DNA of 64,000 nt, taken from the NCBI GenBank assembly GCA_030390025.1, contig CM059431.1, forward strand, positions 94,738,001 to 94,802,000, written 5' to 3'. Source of the stretch: Squalus acanthias (taxonomy: Eukaryota). A model generated the notes under the pieces. That model was given only the letters and a program-made list of their open reading frames with translations, had not been told where the DNA came from and ran no database searches. A program made the translations under genes and the position numbers. The stretch's first letter is position 1, and each line of letters starts with the position of its first letter. Below, piece by piece: positions 41,321 through 51,879 of this stretch.

Positions 41321-43118
41321 ATGGAGAGGGTGAGAGAACGAGCTCAGCGCTTCAGCGAGCGGGCCTTGGATGCTCTGGTTGGCGCGGTGGAGCGCAGAAG
41401 ATCTATACTCTTCCCTGAGAGTGGCAGGAGGCCTTTGCCGCGCGAGTACAGAAGAGTGTGGAGGGAGGTGGCTCAGAGCGTCTCCTGCAGGAGCATGGTG
41501 CCCAGGACCCATGTACAATGTCAAAAAAAGTTCAACGACCTCACTCGGGTCGTCAGGGTGAGTGGCTTTTTTTCAATACCTCTCCATCCCTCCATCTCAA
41601 CCTCACTCTATGGCCAGAGGGTCTTAAAACCCCAATGCACAACACTCATCCAACACCTATGGCCCTCTCATGAAACACACACGCACATTCCACACTATGC
41701 ATACAGTAAGGGCTATTCACCTATGGGAGGCACATCAGGCAAGACCATGGCTGCATACAGTAAGGGCTATTCACCTATGGGAGGCACATCAGGCAAGACC
41801 ATGGCTGTATATTTACTCAGACGCCGTCCTTTTTCTTGCAGGCCAAGCTATCTCATAATAGGAGACAGCAGCAACGGACGGGTGGAGGGCGGCCTCGGCT
41901 GCAACCCCTCAGCGATCTTGAGGCGCGCGTCCAGAGGATTGTGGCAAGCCGGGTGATCGGTCCCGTCGCCACTGGAGACGCCGACCCCGTTCTGGACAGC
42001 AATGGTAAGGTCATCACCTTTTTGTCCTCTGTCCTTCCACTTGTCCCTCACAACACCAGCCTTTGACACTTTCAATCCAACTTACTAAATCGTTGCACTC
42101 ATTCCTCCCTTACTGCCACCCTGTCCTCACGCTAAAGCCACTCTGTACCTCCCTGCTTTCAGATGGTGATTCACCAGCTGAGGAGACGGGCCTTCAAGCT
42201 GCCAGTGGGAGTGAAGCTGCAGGCGAGGAGGAAGATGAAGGCGGCGCATCAGTGCCACCCTCTCCCGAGGAAGCCCATGCCCACACTGGGAACACGCCTT
42301 CCCTGGAGGGGAGCAGGGGGGAAGGATCTGATGAGGGTGAAGCTCCAGGACCCAGCGGGCTGCAGCAACGCCATGGGGGTAGGGAAGAACGGGGGCCTTC
42401 TACCCGGAGGGAGAGTATGCCAGCGACTCCTACTGCACTGGACGCAGAGGAGGAGTGGCTCATCGCTGAAATGAACACCCAGGCGGTGGACATGTACATT
42501 GAGCTCATGGGTGCAGTGGGAAGGGTGCCCGAATGCATTGAATCACTGGCAAGGAGTATGGAGCACTTCGCTGTAGCACAGGCGGATGCCACACTAAAGC
42601 TTAGTGCTGCAATTCAGTCTCAGACTGCTCTCATGCAGACTCAGATTGAGGCCACACGAGCACTGACTGCTGCCATCCTCGATGGTTCGTACACATTTCC
42701 CCGGGGCTCTCACCGCGCCGCAGCAGGCCAGCAGTCTGTGCTCCAGCAGATTGCTCCGGATGCTGAAGTGCTGCCCCGTGGGAGTTCCAGTGTGTCGGTC
42801 GAGCAGGGAGTTGCTGTCCTCTCTCAAGATGACAGCATTCCTGCTGCCACCACTGTCACTTCTCCACTGCACTTGCCACCGCCTGTTGGACAGACTGCTG
42901 CCGCCCATGCAGAGTTGGTGCAGTCTGCAGCCGGGCCCTCCAGGCCTAGAGCTGGTCGAGGCCGTCCTTCAAGGGCATCTGCAGTCTCAGGTTCTGACAA
43001 TCAGCAGCCTTCCACCAGCCTTGCTGCAGCCACTGAGGTCCCATTACGGAGGAGCAGTAGGGTAAGAAGGGGGGAAGTGCGCAAGGGAAGGAGATCACCC
43101 TCGAAGGGCAAAAAGTAG
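41321..43118 (+). CDS. Harbinger Myb/SANT-like DNA-binding protein, 3 exons (41321-41557, 41842-42004, 42163-43118), about 451 aa, open frame
   Basis: RFSERALDALV...W..VA..V...RT..QC.KKFNDL / KL.HNRRQQQRTGGG; canonical GT-AG sites with compatible phases; basic C-terminus. Confidence 0.85.
41698..41805. repeat. Perfect 2 x 54 bp tandem duplication in Myb-gene intron 1
   Basis: TGCATACAGTAAGGGC...GACCATGGC occurs twice. Confidence 0.95.
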
Positions 43119-43417
43119 GAGGTGTGACAAAATGTTGGTCATTTTTTTACTAAAGGCTAAGGTTCGTGGTCAAACTTTTGGACATTATCTCCAGGTTATG
43201 AGAACCAGTTATGTTAATGACTGTGTTTTTGTGTTTCTTTCTATTAGTTTGTCATGAGGAAATGACACACACAGAGTTTGTGAAATAAATAAGTTTTTGT
43301 ATTCAAAATATACATGTTTGGTGTTTGGAATCATTGGTGCCTTGGCCGGCTTAGGGGTTGCGGGTTGGTTTCATTCATGTTGTTCTCAATGGCAGAAGCC
43401 ATTTCCACAGCAGGGGC

Positions 43418-44590
43418 CTAGAAGCGGCTTGCTATCAGCCGTTGACGGACGGCCCTTGCAGTTTCAACATTGTGGGCCGCCCTCACGCCTTGGTGCTGCT
43501 GATGATCCTCCTCCTCTTCCTCCTCCTCCTCTGGTGGTGCTCCAAGGCCTGGTGGCATTGGCTGGGTCCTGAGGATTGCCATGTTATGCAGCATGCAGCA
43601 CACAACTACAAAGTGGGAAACTCGTTCAGGCGAGTACTGCAGGGCTCCTCCAGAATGGTCCAGACAGCGGAACCGTTGCTTCAGCACGCCGATTGTGTGC
43701 TCAACAATGTTCCTGTAGCTTGATGGCTCTCGTAGTACCGCAGCTCAGCAGGGGTGTTGGGCATACGGAGCGGTGTCATCAGCCAGGTGCTCAGTGGATA
43801 CCCCTTGTCCCCGAGAAGCCAACCAACTGGCTGATGCGGTGCCTCAAAGTTCTGCCACAGTAGTCTGGCGCAGGATGAAAGTATCGTGGCAGCTGCCAGG
43901 ATAGTGGGCATTGACGGCGAGTATCAGCTGTCTGTGGTCACAGACCAACTGAACATTCAAGGAATGGAACCCCTTTCTGTTCCGGAAATCCTCGGCATTC
44001 TCATGCGGAGCACGCAAAGCCACATGCGTGCAGTCAATGGCGCCCTGCACCATGGGGAAGCCCGCTATCCTCGCAAAGCCCAGAGCGCGTTCATGCTGCT
44101 TGTCTGGGGTCATGGGGAAAGAGATGTACTCTCGTCTCCTTTTAAAGAGGGCATTTGTGACCTGACGGATGCAGCAATGCACCGCGAACTGGGAGATATT
44201 GACGATGTCCCCAGCAGCAGATTGAAATGAGCCAGTAGCATAAAAGTTCAGAGCCACTGTGATCTTCACTGCCACCGACAGAGACGTCCTGGACCTCAGT
44301 TGAGGCTGCAGATCTGGCTGCAGCAGGTGGCAGAGCTCAGTGACCACCTCCTTGCTGAAGTGCAGCCTCCGCAAACACTGCTCCTCAGACATGTGAATGT
44401 AGGAGAGCTGTTCACGATATACCCTGGGAGGGTAAGCTCTCCTGTACAGACGCCTGTTGGCCCTCCTCCGTCTGGCCATCATTGCCACTCTCTCTCTGCG
44501 TCTCTGTGTCCTCCGATTCAGCTGGCGCAGGACGACGCCCCCGATCAGTGCAGCCCCCAGTCTCTTAGCAAGCAAAGTTATGAAGGCCAA
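43418..44590 (-). pseudogene. Harbinger (HARBI1-like) DDE transposase with two frameshifts
   Basis: [41 protein letters not shown] and CCMLHN lie in three frames; shifts near 43860 and 43712; no ATG start evident. Confidence 0.92.
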
Positions 44591-47105
44591 AAACCAAAGT
44601 ACCTGCCAAGTTATGATCAGTAGCCAAAACTACCTCACACAGCGTTGACTCAATGCAGAAGTCTCTCTTTCTCTCTCTCCGAATCTCTCTCTCTCTCTCT
44701 CAGAACGAGTGGTGCAAAAATGTCAACCACAGAGAAAGACAGGAAGAGGCCCCCTTTAAATAGCGCCCCCCCCCCCAGCCCCACAGCGACTGATAGCGTT
44801 CCAGTCTTCCGGTCGTTGGATGCGCCAGGCGGAAAGGATGGGGGCGCCACTCAATTTCCGCTCCGGGGTGCCACAAGGGCGTTGTACCCTCGTATGACGT
44901 CAAGATCTGCGTGCGCAGGAGATCGCGGCGGTAAAGTTTAGCGCCGCCGCAAAATGTCTAGTTAAGTTCGCGAGCGGCGCAAACATTGCTGCGCCCAGGC
45001 GCTAGCTGCTTTGCGCCCTCTTAAGGCGCTAACGGGAGGCGCAACCAACTGAATTTTTCCCCCAAAGCCTTCAGGCTTGTTTTTTTAATGCTCTTAGACC
45101 TATATGAATTATTATTTACTGTGACCATGTTTGATTTAAACCGTTTTATGGAACAAAAAAAAGAGGGTGTATGATGCATGTCAAGTGAATTCATCAAGGG
45201 AGAACCAGACCAAATACGATAAGTTGAGAGGGGAAGTGAAGATGAAAATAAGATTGACAAAGAGAGAATATGAGAGGGAACCCAAAAGGGAACATAAAAG
45301 GGAACCCAAAATCTTCTACCGGCATGTAAACAGTAAGCGGGTAGTAAGAGGCCTATTAGCGACATAGAAGGTGTTATATGCTTAGAGGCGCAGGGCAAGG
45401 CTAGAACACTCAATGAGTACTTTGTATCGGTAATTACTAAGGAGGTGGCAGCTGACAAAATATCAGTAGCTGTGGAAGAGGTAGAAGCAATGAAAAGGGT
45501 GAAAATTGATAGACCGGATGTACGAGAAACGCTGGGTATGCTTAGAGTGGACAAGTCGCCTGGCCCAGATGGCTTGCATCCCAGATTGCGAAGGGAATTG
45601 GGGGAGGAGATAGTGGAAGGGCTTGCCATAATTTTCCAATCTTCCCTAGATGTTGGGGAGGTGCCTGAGGATTGGAAAGTGGCAAATGTGACACCATTGT
45701 TCAAGAAAGGGTGTAAGGACAATCCTAGTAACTACAAGCTGGTCAGTTTAACATCAGTGGTGGGTAAAGTTTTCGAAACAATAATCAAGGAAAAAATTAA
45801 AGGGCACTTGGAGAGGTTTAAGCTAATTAAGGAGAGCCAACACGATTTGTAAAAGGTAGATCATGTTTGACTAATTAATTGAATTTTTTGATGAAGTAAC
45901 AGGGAGGATCGATGAAGGGATGTTGTCTACATGGATTTTAGGAAGGTGTTTGACAAAGTACCACATAGAAGGCTGGTTAACAAAATTGAGGCTCACGGAA
46001 TAGGTGGGTCAGTGGCAGCTTGGATAAGGAATTGGCTTAAGGACAGAAAACAGCGAGTTGTGGTAAATGGCTGTTTTTCAGACTGGAGGATGGTAGACAG
46101 TGGTGTTCCCCAAGGGTCAGTGCTGGGGCCACTGCTTTTTTTTGCTATATATAAATGACTTGGATATTGGAATACAAAGTAGAATTTCTAAATTTGCCGA
46201 TGACCCCAAACTTGGGGGTGTGGCAAACAGTGAGGATGATACCAATCGACTGCAACAGGACATAGAAAGGCTAGCAGAATGGGCAGACAAGTGGCAGATG
46301 GAATTTAATACAGAGAAGTGTGAGGTGATGCATTTTGGCAGAAGGAACATGGAGAGGCAAAATACACTTAATGGCACAGTTTTAAAGAGTGTGCAGGGAC
46401 AGGGGGACCTGGGAGTTAATGTGCATAGGTCCCTGAAGGTGGCGGGACATATTGAGAGAGTGGTTAACAAAGCGTATGGGATCTTGGGCTTCATAAATAG
46501 AGGTATTGAGTACAAAAGTAGAGAAGTTATGCTGAACCTTTATAAAGTGCTGGTTCGGCCACAACTGGAGTATTGCGTCCAGTTCTGGTCACCACACTTT
46601 AGGAAGGATGTGAAGGCCCTTGAGAGGGTGCAGAGGAGATTTACCAGAATGGTTCCGGGGATGGGGAATCTTGGCTAAAAGGACAGGTTGGAGAAGCTGG
46701 ATTTGTTTTTGTTAGAGCAAAGGAGGTTGAGGGGTGATTTGATAGAGGTGTACAAGATTATGACGGGTTTGGATAGGCTAGACGGGGAAAGGCTGTTCCC
46801 ACTTGTTGATGGTACAAGGACTAGGGGACACAGATTTAAGGTTTTGGGCAAGAGATATAGGGGGATGTGAGAAAAAACTTTTTTACGCAGCGAGTGGTGA
46901 GGACCTGGAACTCGCTGCCGACGGAACTGGTGGAAGCGGAAACGCTCAAGGTTTTCAAGGGGAGACTAGATAGGCACTTGAGGGAAATAAACTTGCAGGG
47001 CTACGGGGATAGAGTGGGGGGAATGGGACTGACTGGATTGCTCTACAGAGAGCCGGCGTGGACTCGATGGACTGAATGGCCTCCTTCTGTGCCGTTATGA
47101 CTCTA

Positions 47106-47842
47106 TCCTAGATTTCCTGTTGTTCTTCCCGCGGTTGTGTTTTATTCGTAGGGGAAGGGATTTTCGGGCGAACTTTCACTTTTAATTCCGTTTACGTATT
47201 CCGATACATGATAAGTAACACACATTTCGTGGCATAGTTCTCCCTCCTTTTCATCCAGCATCCATTGATAAGGGGGGTAATTTTCTGCACCGTACACGAA
47301 CGCAGGAGAAAGGCTGTAAACCGGGAATTCGGACAATTTTTCAGTGGGCCTGGTCGAGGGTTTACGCATCCATATAAACCCTCATACTCTTGGCACCATC
47401 GTGGCCAACATAACATGGTTTCTCCATTGTCTTCCGATTGAGTTGGGCTCCCATTATGTGTCCAAGGATCCCCTATCTGGTGATAACTAGTATTGTCACC
47501 CACCTTTGCCTGAATGAACCATACACGTGGCTGATTCATAGTCCCACTCTTACACTTTATACATATTCCCCTCTCTTCTTGGACCGTGTATGTGGTTACC
47601 CGTACTATTCCTGAACAACTTGTGTCGCACGTACCCTTGATGGATCAGAGGCTAACCTCCCGAGCGATACCTAGGGGCAGAGTTACAGGGGCAATGGTAA
47701 TCTGACTGTCATAACTTGAATTGCTGGATGCTTCCCCTTGTGTTGCTGCTGCCCTTTCGAGATGGAGCACTATGCCACACAGCAACCAAAATAGCCTCCC
47801 CAGTTTCTCTGCCTTGTTCTGGCCTGTGGAAGAGGGGAACAA
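47106..47842 (-). pseudogene. Probable env N-terminal part: signal-peptide-like segment and Cys-rich, possibly Ig-like domain
   Basis: ORFs 47645-47842 and 47192-47539 are in one frame separated by a single TGA; LFWLLCGIVLHLERAAA hydrophobic stretch; lies between integrase and the CR1 insertion. Confidence 0.6.
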
Positions 47843-48049
47843 AACGGAGTGTTACTCCCAGTCCCGTCTCCCTTCTTCCCACCATTGGCCTTTTAGGCTC
47901 TGCGCTGACTATTCACTGGACCGCCAAGGCCGTTGCCTCAGATCGGAACCATACTATACCTGGGGAGGCACCTCGTCACGCAGAGGTGCCTCGGGGGAGC
48001 GCCGCATTAGGCACCCCTTCTCCATCGTCCCATTGGAGCGGCTGAGTCA

Positions 48050-50690
48050 GTTTCACCAGGGCTTGCTGACTTCTTGACATGCTTGTGGGCTGAAAAAGCT
48101 TCATCTGGTTAATGTGAAACCATTTGATTTTCTTGGGTAACTAAACCGCGTATATCATAGGACTGACTTTATCAACAATGTTATACGGTCCCTTGTAGAG
48201 GGGTTCGAAAACTCCCACCCTCGCATAGTTTCATACCATTACTTGGCTTCCCACCTCCCATTCCTGGGGTTTACTTGGAGCCAGGTGTAGTCGATTGCTT
48301 TGGTGTGTCTTCCCAATGTTACGGGCGGCTCAAGTTCAGTTCCTTTGAAGTCCCCCCACAGGTCGCTCAGGAATTTGTCCTGAGTGACTTCTTTAATTTG
48401 ATTATTAGTCAGAGTGGGAATGAACAGGTGTGTGGGGGTTCGCATGGGTCTCCCTGTTATCAGTTCATGAGGGGAATGACCCGTTCCTTTGGATCTGTTA
48501 CTGTGTACCCCCATAAGGATTAGGGGAAGTACCTCATCCCACTTAGTGTGTTGTTCATTTAATTCCTTTCGCAGGGCCAACTTCAATGTACAGTTCATTC
48601 TTTCCACAATCCCTGATGACTGCTGGTTGTGGGTCACATGCCATTTCCCTTCAATTCCAAACAATTTCAGGGTGGCTTGCATTACTTGACCTGTAAAATG
48701 ACTTCCTTGATCTGATTCCACCACTCGGGGAAGCCCCCATCTAGAAACTACCTCCCTGACTAGGGTCTTGGCCGTCCATAATGCTGTATCTGACTTGCAC
48801 GGGAAAGCTTTGACCCACTTGGTAAAATTGTCCCACTAGGATGAGACAATATTTATCGCCCTTCTTAGTGGTGGGCAGGGGTCCGATAAAATCTATCTGG
48901 ACACACTGCCACGGTCCCTCTGGTTGACGGATATGTCTGAGGGGAGCCTTTCTTTTATGTGGGTCAGGATTGTTAGCAGCACACACTAAACAGGTTTTAT
49001 AGTAATTTTCTACGTCTTCCCTCAGATGAGGCCGCCACCCTACCTCTTCGACCAGTTTCCAGGTTGTTTCGGGTCCGGGATGTCCAGCCCCCGTGAGTCA
49101 GCCGCATGAATTCCTCCCTGTATCCTTCGGGCACAATCCACTTATCACGTTTGAACAACATACCTTCCCTGATGTTTACATCTTTGGCCCATAAGGCCCT
49201 TCTACAATCTGTCCTGCTTCTTTTTCCTTGAGGACTGTTTTTAGCACTACATCTGTCGGCTCTATTGTTTTGATAGCCAGGGGAAGCGGAATAGTAACAG
49301 CCGGAGTGACGGCTGCTACCACTCCCGATTGATACGGGTCCCGCGGGACCCATCTCTCCGCTCCCACTTTAGCAAGCTCGTCCACTTTCCTATTTCCCTC
49401 CCATCTGGGTTCTGCTTTAGAGTGGGCTTTGACTTTATGGATATAGTATTCATCGCCACCCCTTTTTATGACTTCCAGTATGGTTGCCAGCATTGACGCG
49501 GTAACCAGTGGCTTGCCATCTGCTGACTTAAAACCTCTTCTAGCTGTATTCCGTGCAAGAATTACATGTAAACATAGTCAGAGCAGATCATATAGGGTGG
49601 GGGAAATTCAGTGGGATGTGTTGCCACATAAGTTACAGCTGCTAACTCTGCCTGCTGAGCACTAAGAGTGGTGGGTAACTTAATCGCCACTTCCATTGCT
49701 TTCTGTGGGTCGTAAATTCCACACCCTGTTTTACATTCCCCCTTTTCTACAAAACTAGACCCATCCACATATGTCTCTCCCCTCAGGGTGGATACCAGAT
49801 TTAAATCCGCCTTCTGTTTCCCACACCCCCTCGACTGTACAGGTGTGTTTCCCCTTATATATAAGGTTGGGTACTAATTTCGGATCGCTTATCGGTTTCA
49901 CTTTCAGGTTCATCCCTTCTAACTGTAGGGTCCACGTAGCCACCCGAGTGCTTGACATCATTCCCTCCTTAATTCTGCCTTCTAACAGGAGGCGGGTTGG
50001 CGTGTGGTGGGTAAGGAGAGTGATGGGCTGGGTTCCCGTGAATACGGCAAAATGCTTCACTGCAAGCAAGTGCCACTCACAGGTAAAGTATCCCTTCTCC
50101 ACCTCAGATAGTCCTTTGGAGGCATAAGCAACTGGTCTCAGACACCCATTCACTTCCTGTATTAAAACAGCACTCGGACTGGTGTCTGTTGCCGTAACTT
50201 CCAAAAAGAAGTCCTTCTTCGGGTCTGTGGCCCCCCAATGCTGGGGCTGTTTGTAGGTCCTTTTTCAACTTTACAAAAGCTTCCTCACAGTGCTCATCCC
50301 AATCCCATTCCACTCCCTTTCTGAGTAATCTCAGCAAAGGAGCAACCGTCGCTGCCTAATTCTCAATAAATTCTCTACAGTACCCTGTCAGACCCAGGAA
50401 TGATCTGAGAGCAGCTATTGAACCCGGGCGGTGCAATTCCTGGACAGTTTTGCACTTTGCTTCGTCTATCGCGCGCTCCCCTGGTCGAAGAGTCAGTCCA
50501 AGAAACTGAACATCTCTTTGCCCTATTTGTGCCTTCTTGGGGTTTACCTTAAAACCTACGGCTGCAAGCAATTCTAACAATTCCTGCAGTAGTTCCTCAT
50601 GTTCCTCTTTGCTATCGGAGAACAGCAGTAAATCATCCACATCCTGTACAAGCTGGCCTGGTTGACTGAATTCTGATAGGCTGTTAGCCG
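48050..50690 (-). pseudogene. pol: pol: RT C-terminal half, tether (degenerate RNase H), retroviral RNase H, integrase
   Basis: QDVDDLLL (mutated YVDD), LRSFLGLTGYCR; PVAYASK.L; YVDGSS...SAQQAELAAV...KVKAH...GN..VDELAK; HHCC; QIDFIG, ESDQGSHF-x35-E; GPY motif. Confidence 0.93.
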
Positions 50691-51749
50691 TACATTTTAA
50701 TGAGAAGCCTGTAAAAAGTGTTTTTTCTAGTTGCCTGAGCATTAAGGATGTCAACAGTTGAACAGCAAACAGCTGCTATGTGGTCTGCTTCACTCCTTTT
50801 GCCAGCTCTAATTTTAGTAATGCTTGTTGAGATAGGAGCATATAAACAACTTGCTTCTTTAAACTGCTCCTTTAAAGGAGAAACTTCCCAATGTGCTTCA
50901 CAAGTTAAGAGCAATGACCATAAGTTTGGTTTTAAGGAGGCTTTTAAAGGTGAATACAGAGGGAGCAAAGGGGAAGGAGTTTAGGAAGCGAGTAGATAAG
51001 AGACAGCTGAAGGTTCTGTTATCGATACTGAAACAGGGAAAGGGAGGGTTGCAGAGGAGGCCAGAGTCCCTGGACTGGAGGGCACAGGCTGGGATTTGAG
51101 GCAGGAGCAGGTTAGAGGTAGGATGAGTTCGGACCATGAGGGGATTTAAAATTTCTACTTGTCATGGGGCATTTCCTGAGGCAATGTGAAATGAGTTTCT
51201 CTCAACACAAGTCAATGGACACTGTGGAGGTAACGTTAACCTAACTCGCCAGGCAGGTAGAGGGTGGGTTGGATGCCCGTTTTACACCCTGCCTGATTTT
51301 ACTCTCCATTGACCCGAATCCGCCCGGCAGATTAGGTTAAAACTATCCCCTGTATTTCACATGTGCCCTTATGCAGAAGTACTAGAACAGCCCATTGCTC
51401 TTTTTAAAATTTACAAGCAGTCTCAATTTTCTTTTTGTAATTTTTGATGTTCTACCCAGTTATCCCACTGTTTCACAGACGTGTCAGAATAAAATGCACC
51501 ATGAAAGTCAATAAAGAACCCTTCCACCTATCCAACTCCCTCTCCTCCTTTAAGACCCTGCTTAAAACACACCTCTTTGGCCAAGCTTTTGGTTACCCCT
51601 CCTAATATCTCCTCCTTTGGTTCGGCATCCGTATTTGTCTGATTATGCCTCTGTGAAGCGCCTTAGGGTGTTTTTCTATGTTAACGATGCTATATAAATG
51701 CAAGTTGTTGTTGTAGAATGACAGAACCTTTTAACTCATTTAATTGCAG

Positions 51750-51879
51750 GTGGGCATCAGTCAAGTCAATACATAATGATTCCCATCATTGTGGTGCTCT
51801 TAATTGTGCTCGGCATTGTCAGCTTTCTTTTTTATAAGAAAACATCACTCAACAAAGAAGTCTGCCCCTGCCTAGATAG
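51750..51879 (+). CDS. Exon of nectin/PVR-like gene: transmembrane segment
   Basis: aattgcag acceptor, gtgagt donor, phase 1-2; (S)GHQSSQYIMIPIIVVLLIVLGIVSFLFYKKTSLNKEVCPCLD. Confidence 0.88.

Larger units (their letters stand above)
40960..45063. mobile_element. Two-gene PIF/Harbinger DNA transposon (4104 bp)
   Basis: TIRs GGGGGAGAAATTCAGT / GGGGGAAAAATTCAGT; AAA TSD confirmed by the empty site at about 63603-05; convergent Myb/SANT and DDE genes. Confidence 0.95.
38120..45147 (-). mobile_element. CR1 (ORF2 only, 5'-truncated), interrupted by Harbinger
   Basis: ORFs 40533-40958, 39441-40508 and 38311-39312 (FADD); CATAGAAA tail at 38120; the last ~80 bp resume at 45067. Confidence 0.93.
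35791..47105 (+). mobile_element. Near full-length CR1 (5' UTR, ORF1, ORF2), interrupted at about 38120-45147
   Basis: ORF1 with CxxC...CxxC plus leucine zipper and SGNH esterase motifs (GDS, VVVHIGTSD, DGSHLN) at 36138-37097; APE at 37230-38016; RT at 45445-46678; 3' tail ATGACTCTAT. Confidence 0.92.
33258..50690 (-). mobile_element. 5'-truncated endogenous retrovirus (lokiretrovirus- or spuma-like): partial pol, env and 3' LTR, split by an 11.3-kb CR1/CR1/Harbinger nest
   Basis: Domain order RT, tether, RNase H, integrase, env, PPT, LTR on the - strand; gag, protease and 5' LTR not seen. Confidence 0.85.

Noticed and set aside
41321..41956. 211-aa ORF (and the 351-aa ORF 42063-43118) as stand-alone genes
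   Set aside because: They are read-throughs of exons 1 and 3 of the spliced Myb/SANT gene into introns.
43418..44590. Domesticated host HARBI1 gene
   Set aside because: It lies between TIRs with a TSD and an empty paralogous site, is frameshifted and is paired with a Myb gene, so it is a transposon.
47106..47640. Env Ig-like segment captured from the surrounding nectin-like gene, or a functional virus-receptor link
   Set aside because: No nucleotide or clear peptide similarity to the host exons beyond the generic GLYxC motif; co-location is most simply chance.
50691..51160. Continuation of retroviral RT/gag or the 5' LTR
   Set aside because: Similarity stops near 50690; the sequence beyond resembles unrelated old repeat (L2-like) and shows no copy of the 33258-34036 LTR.
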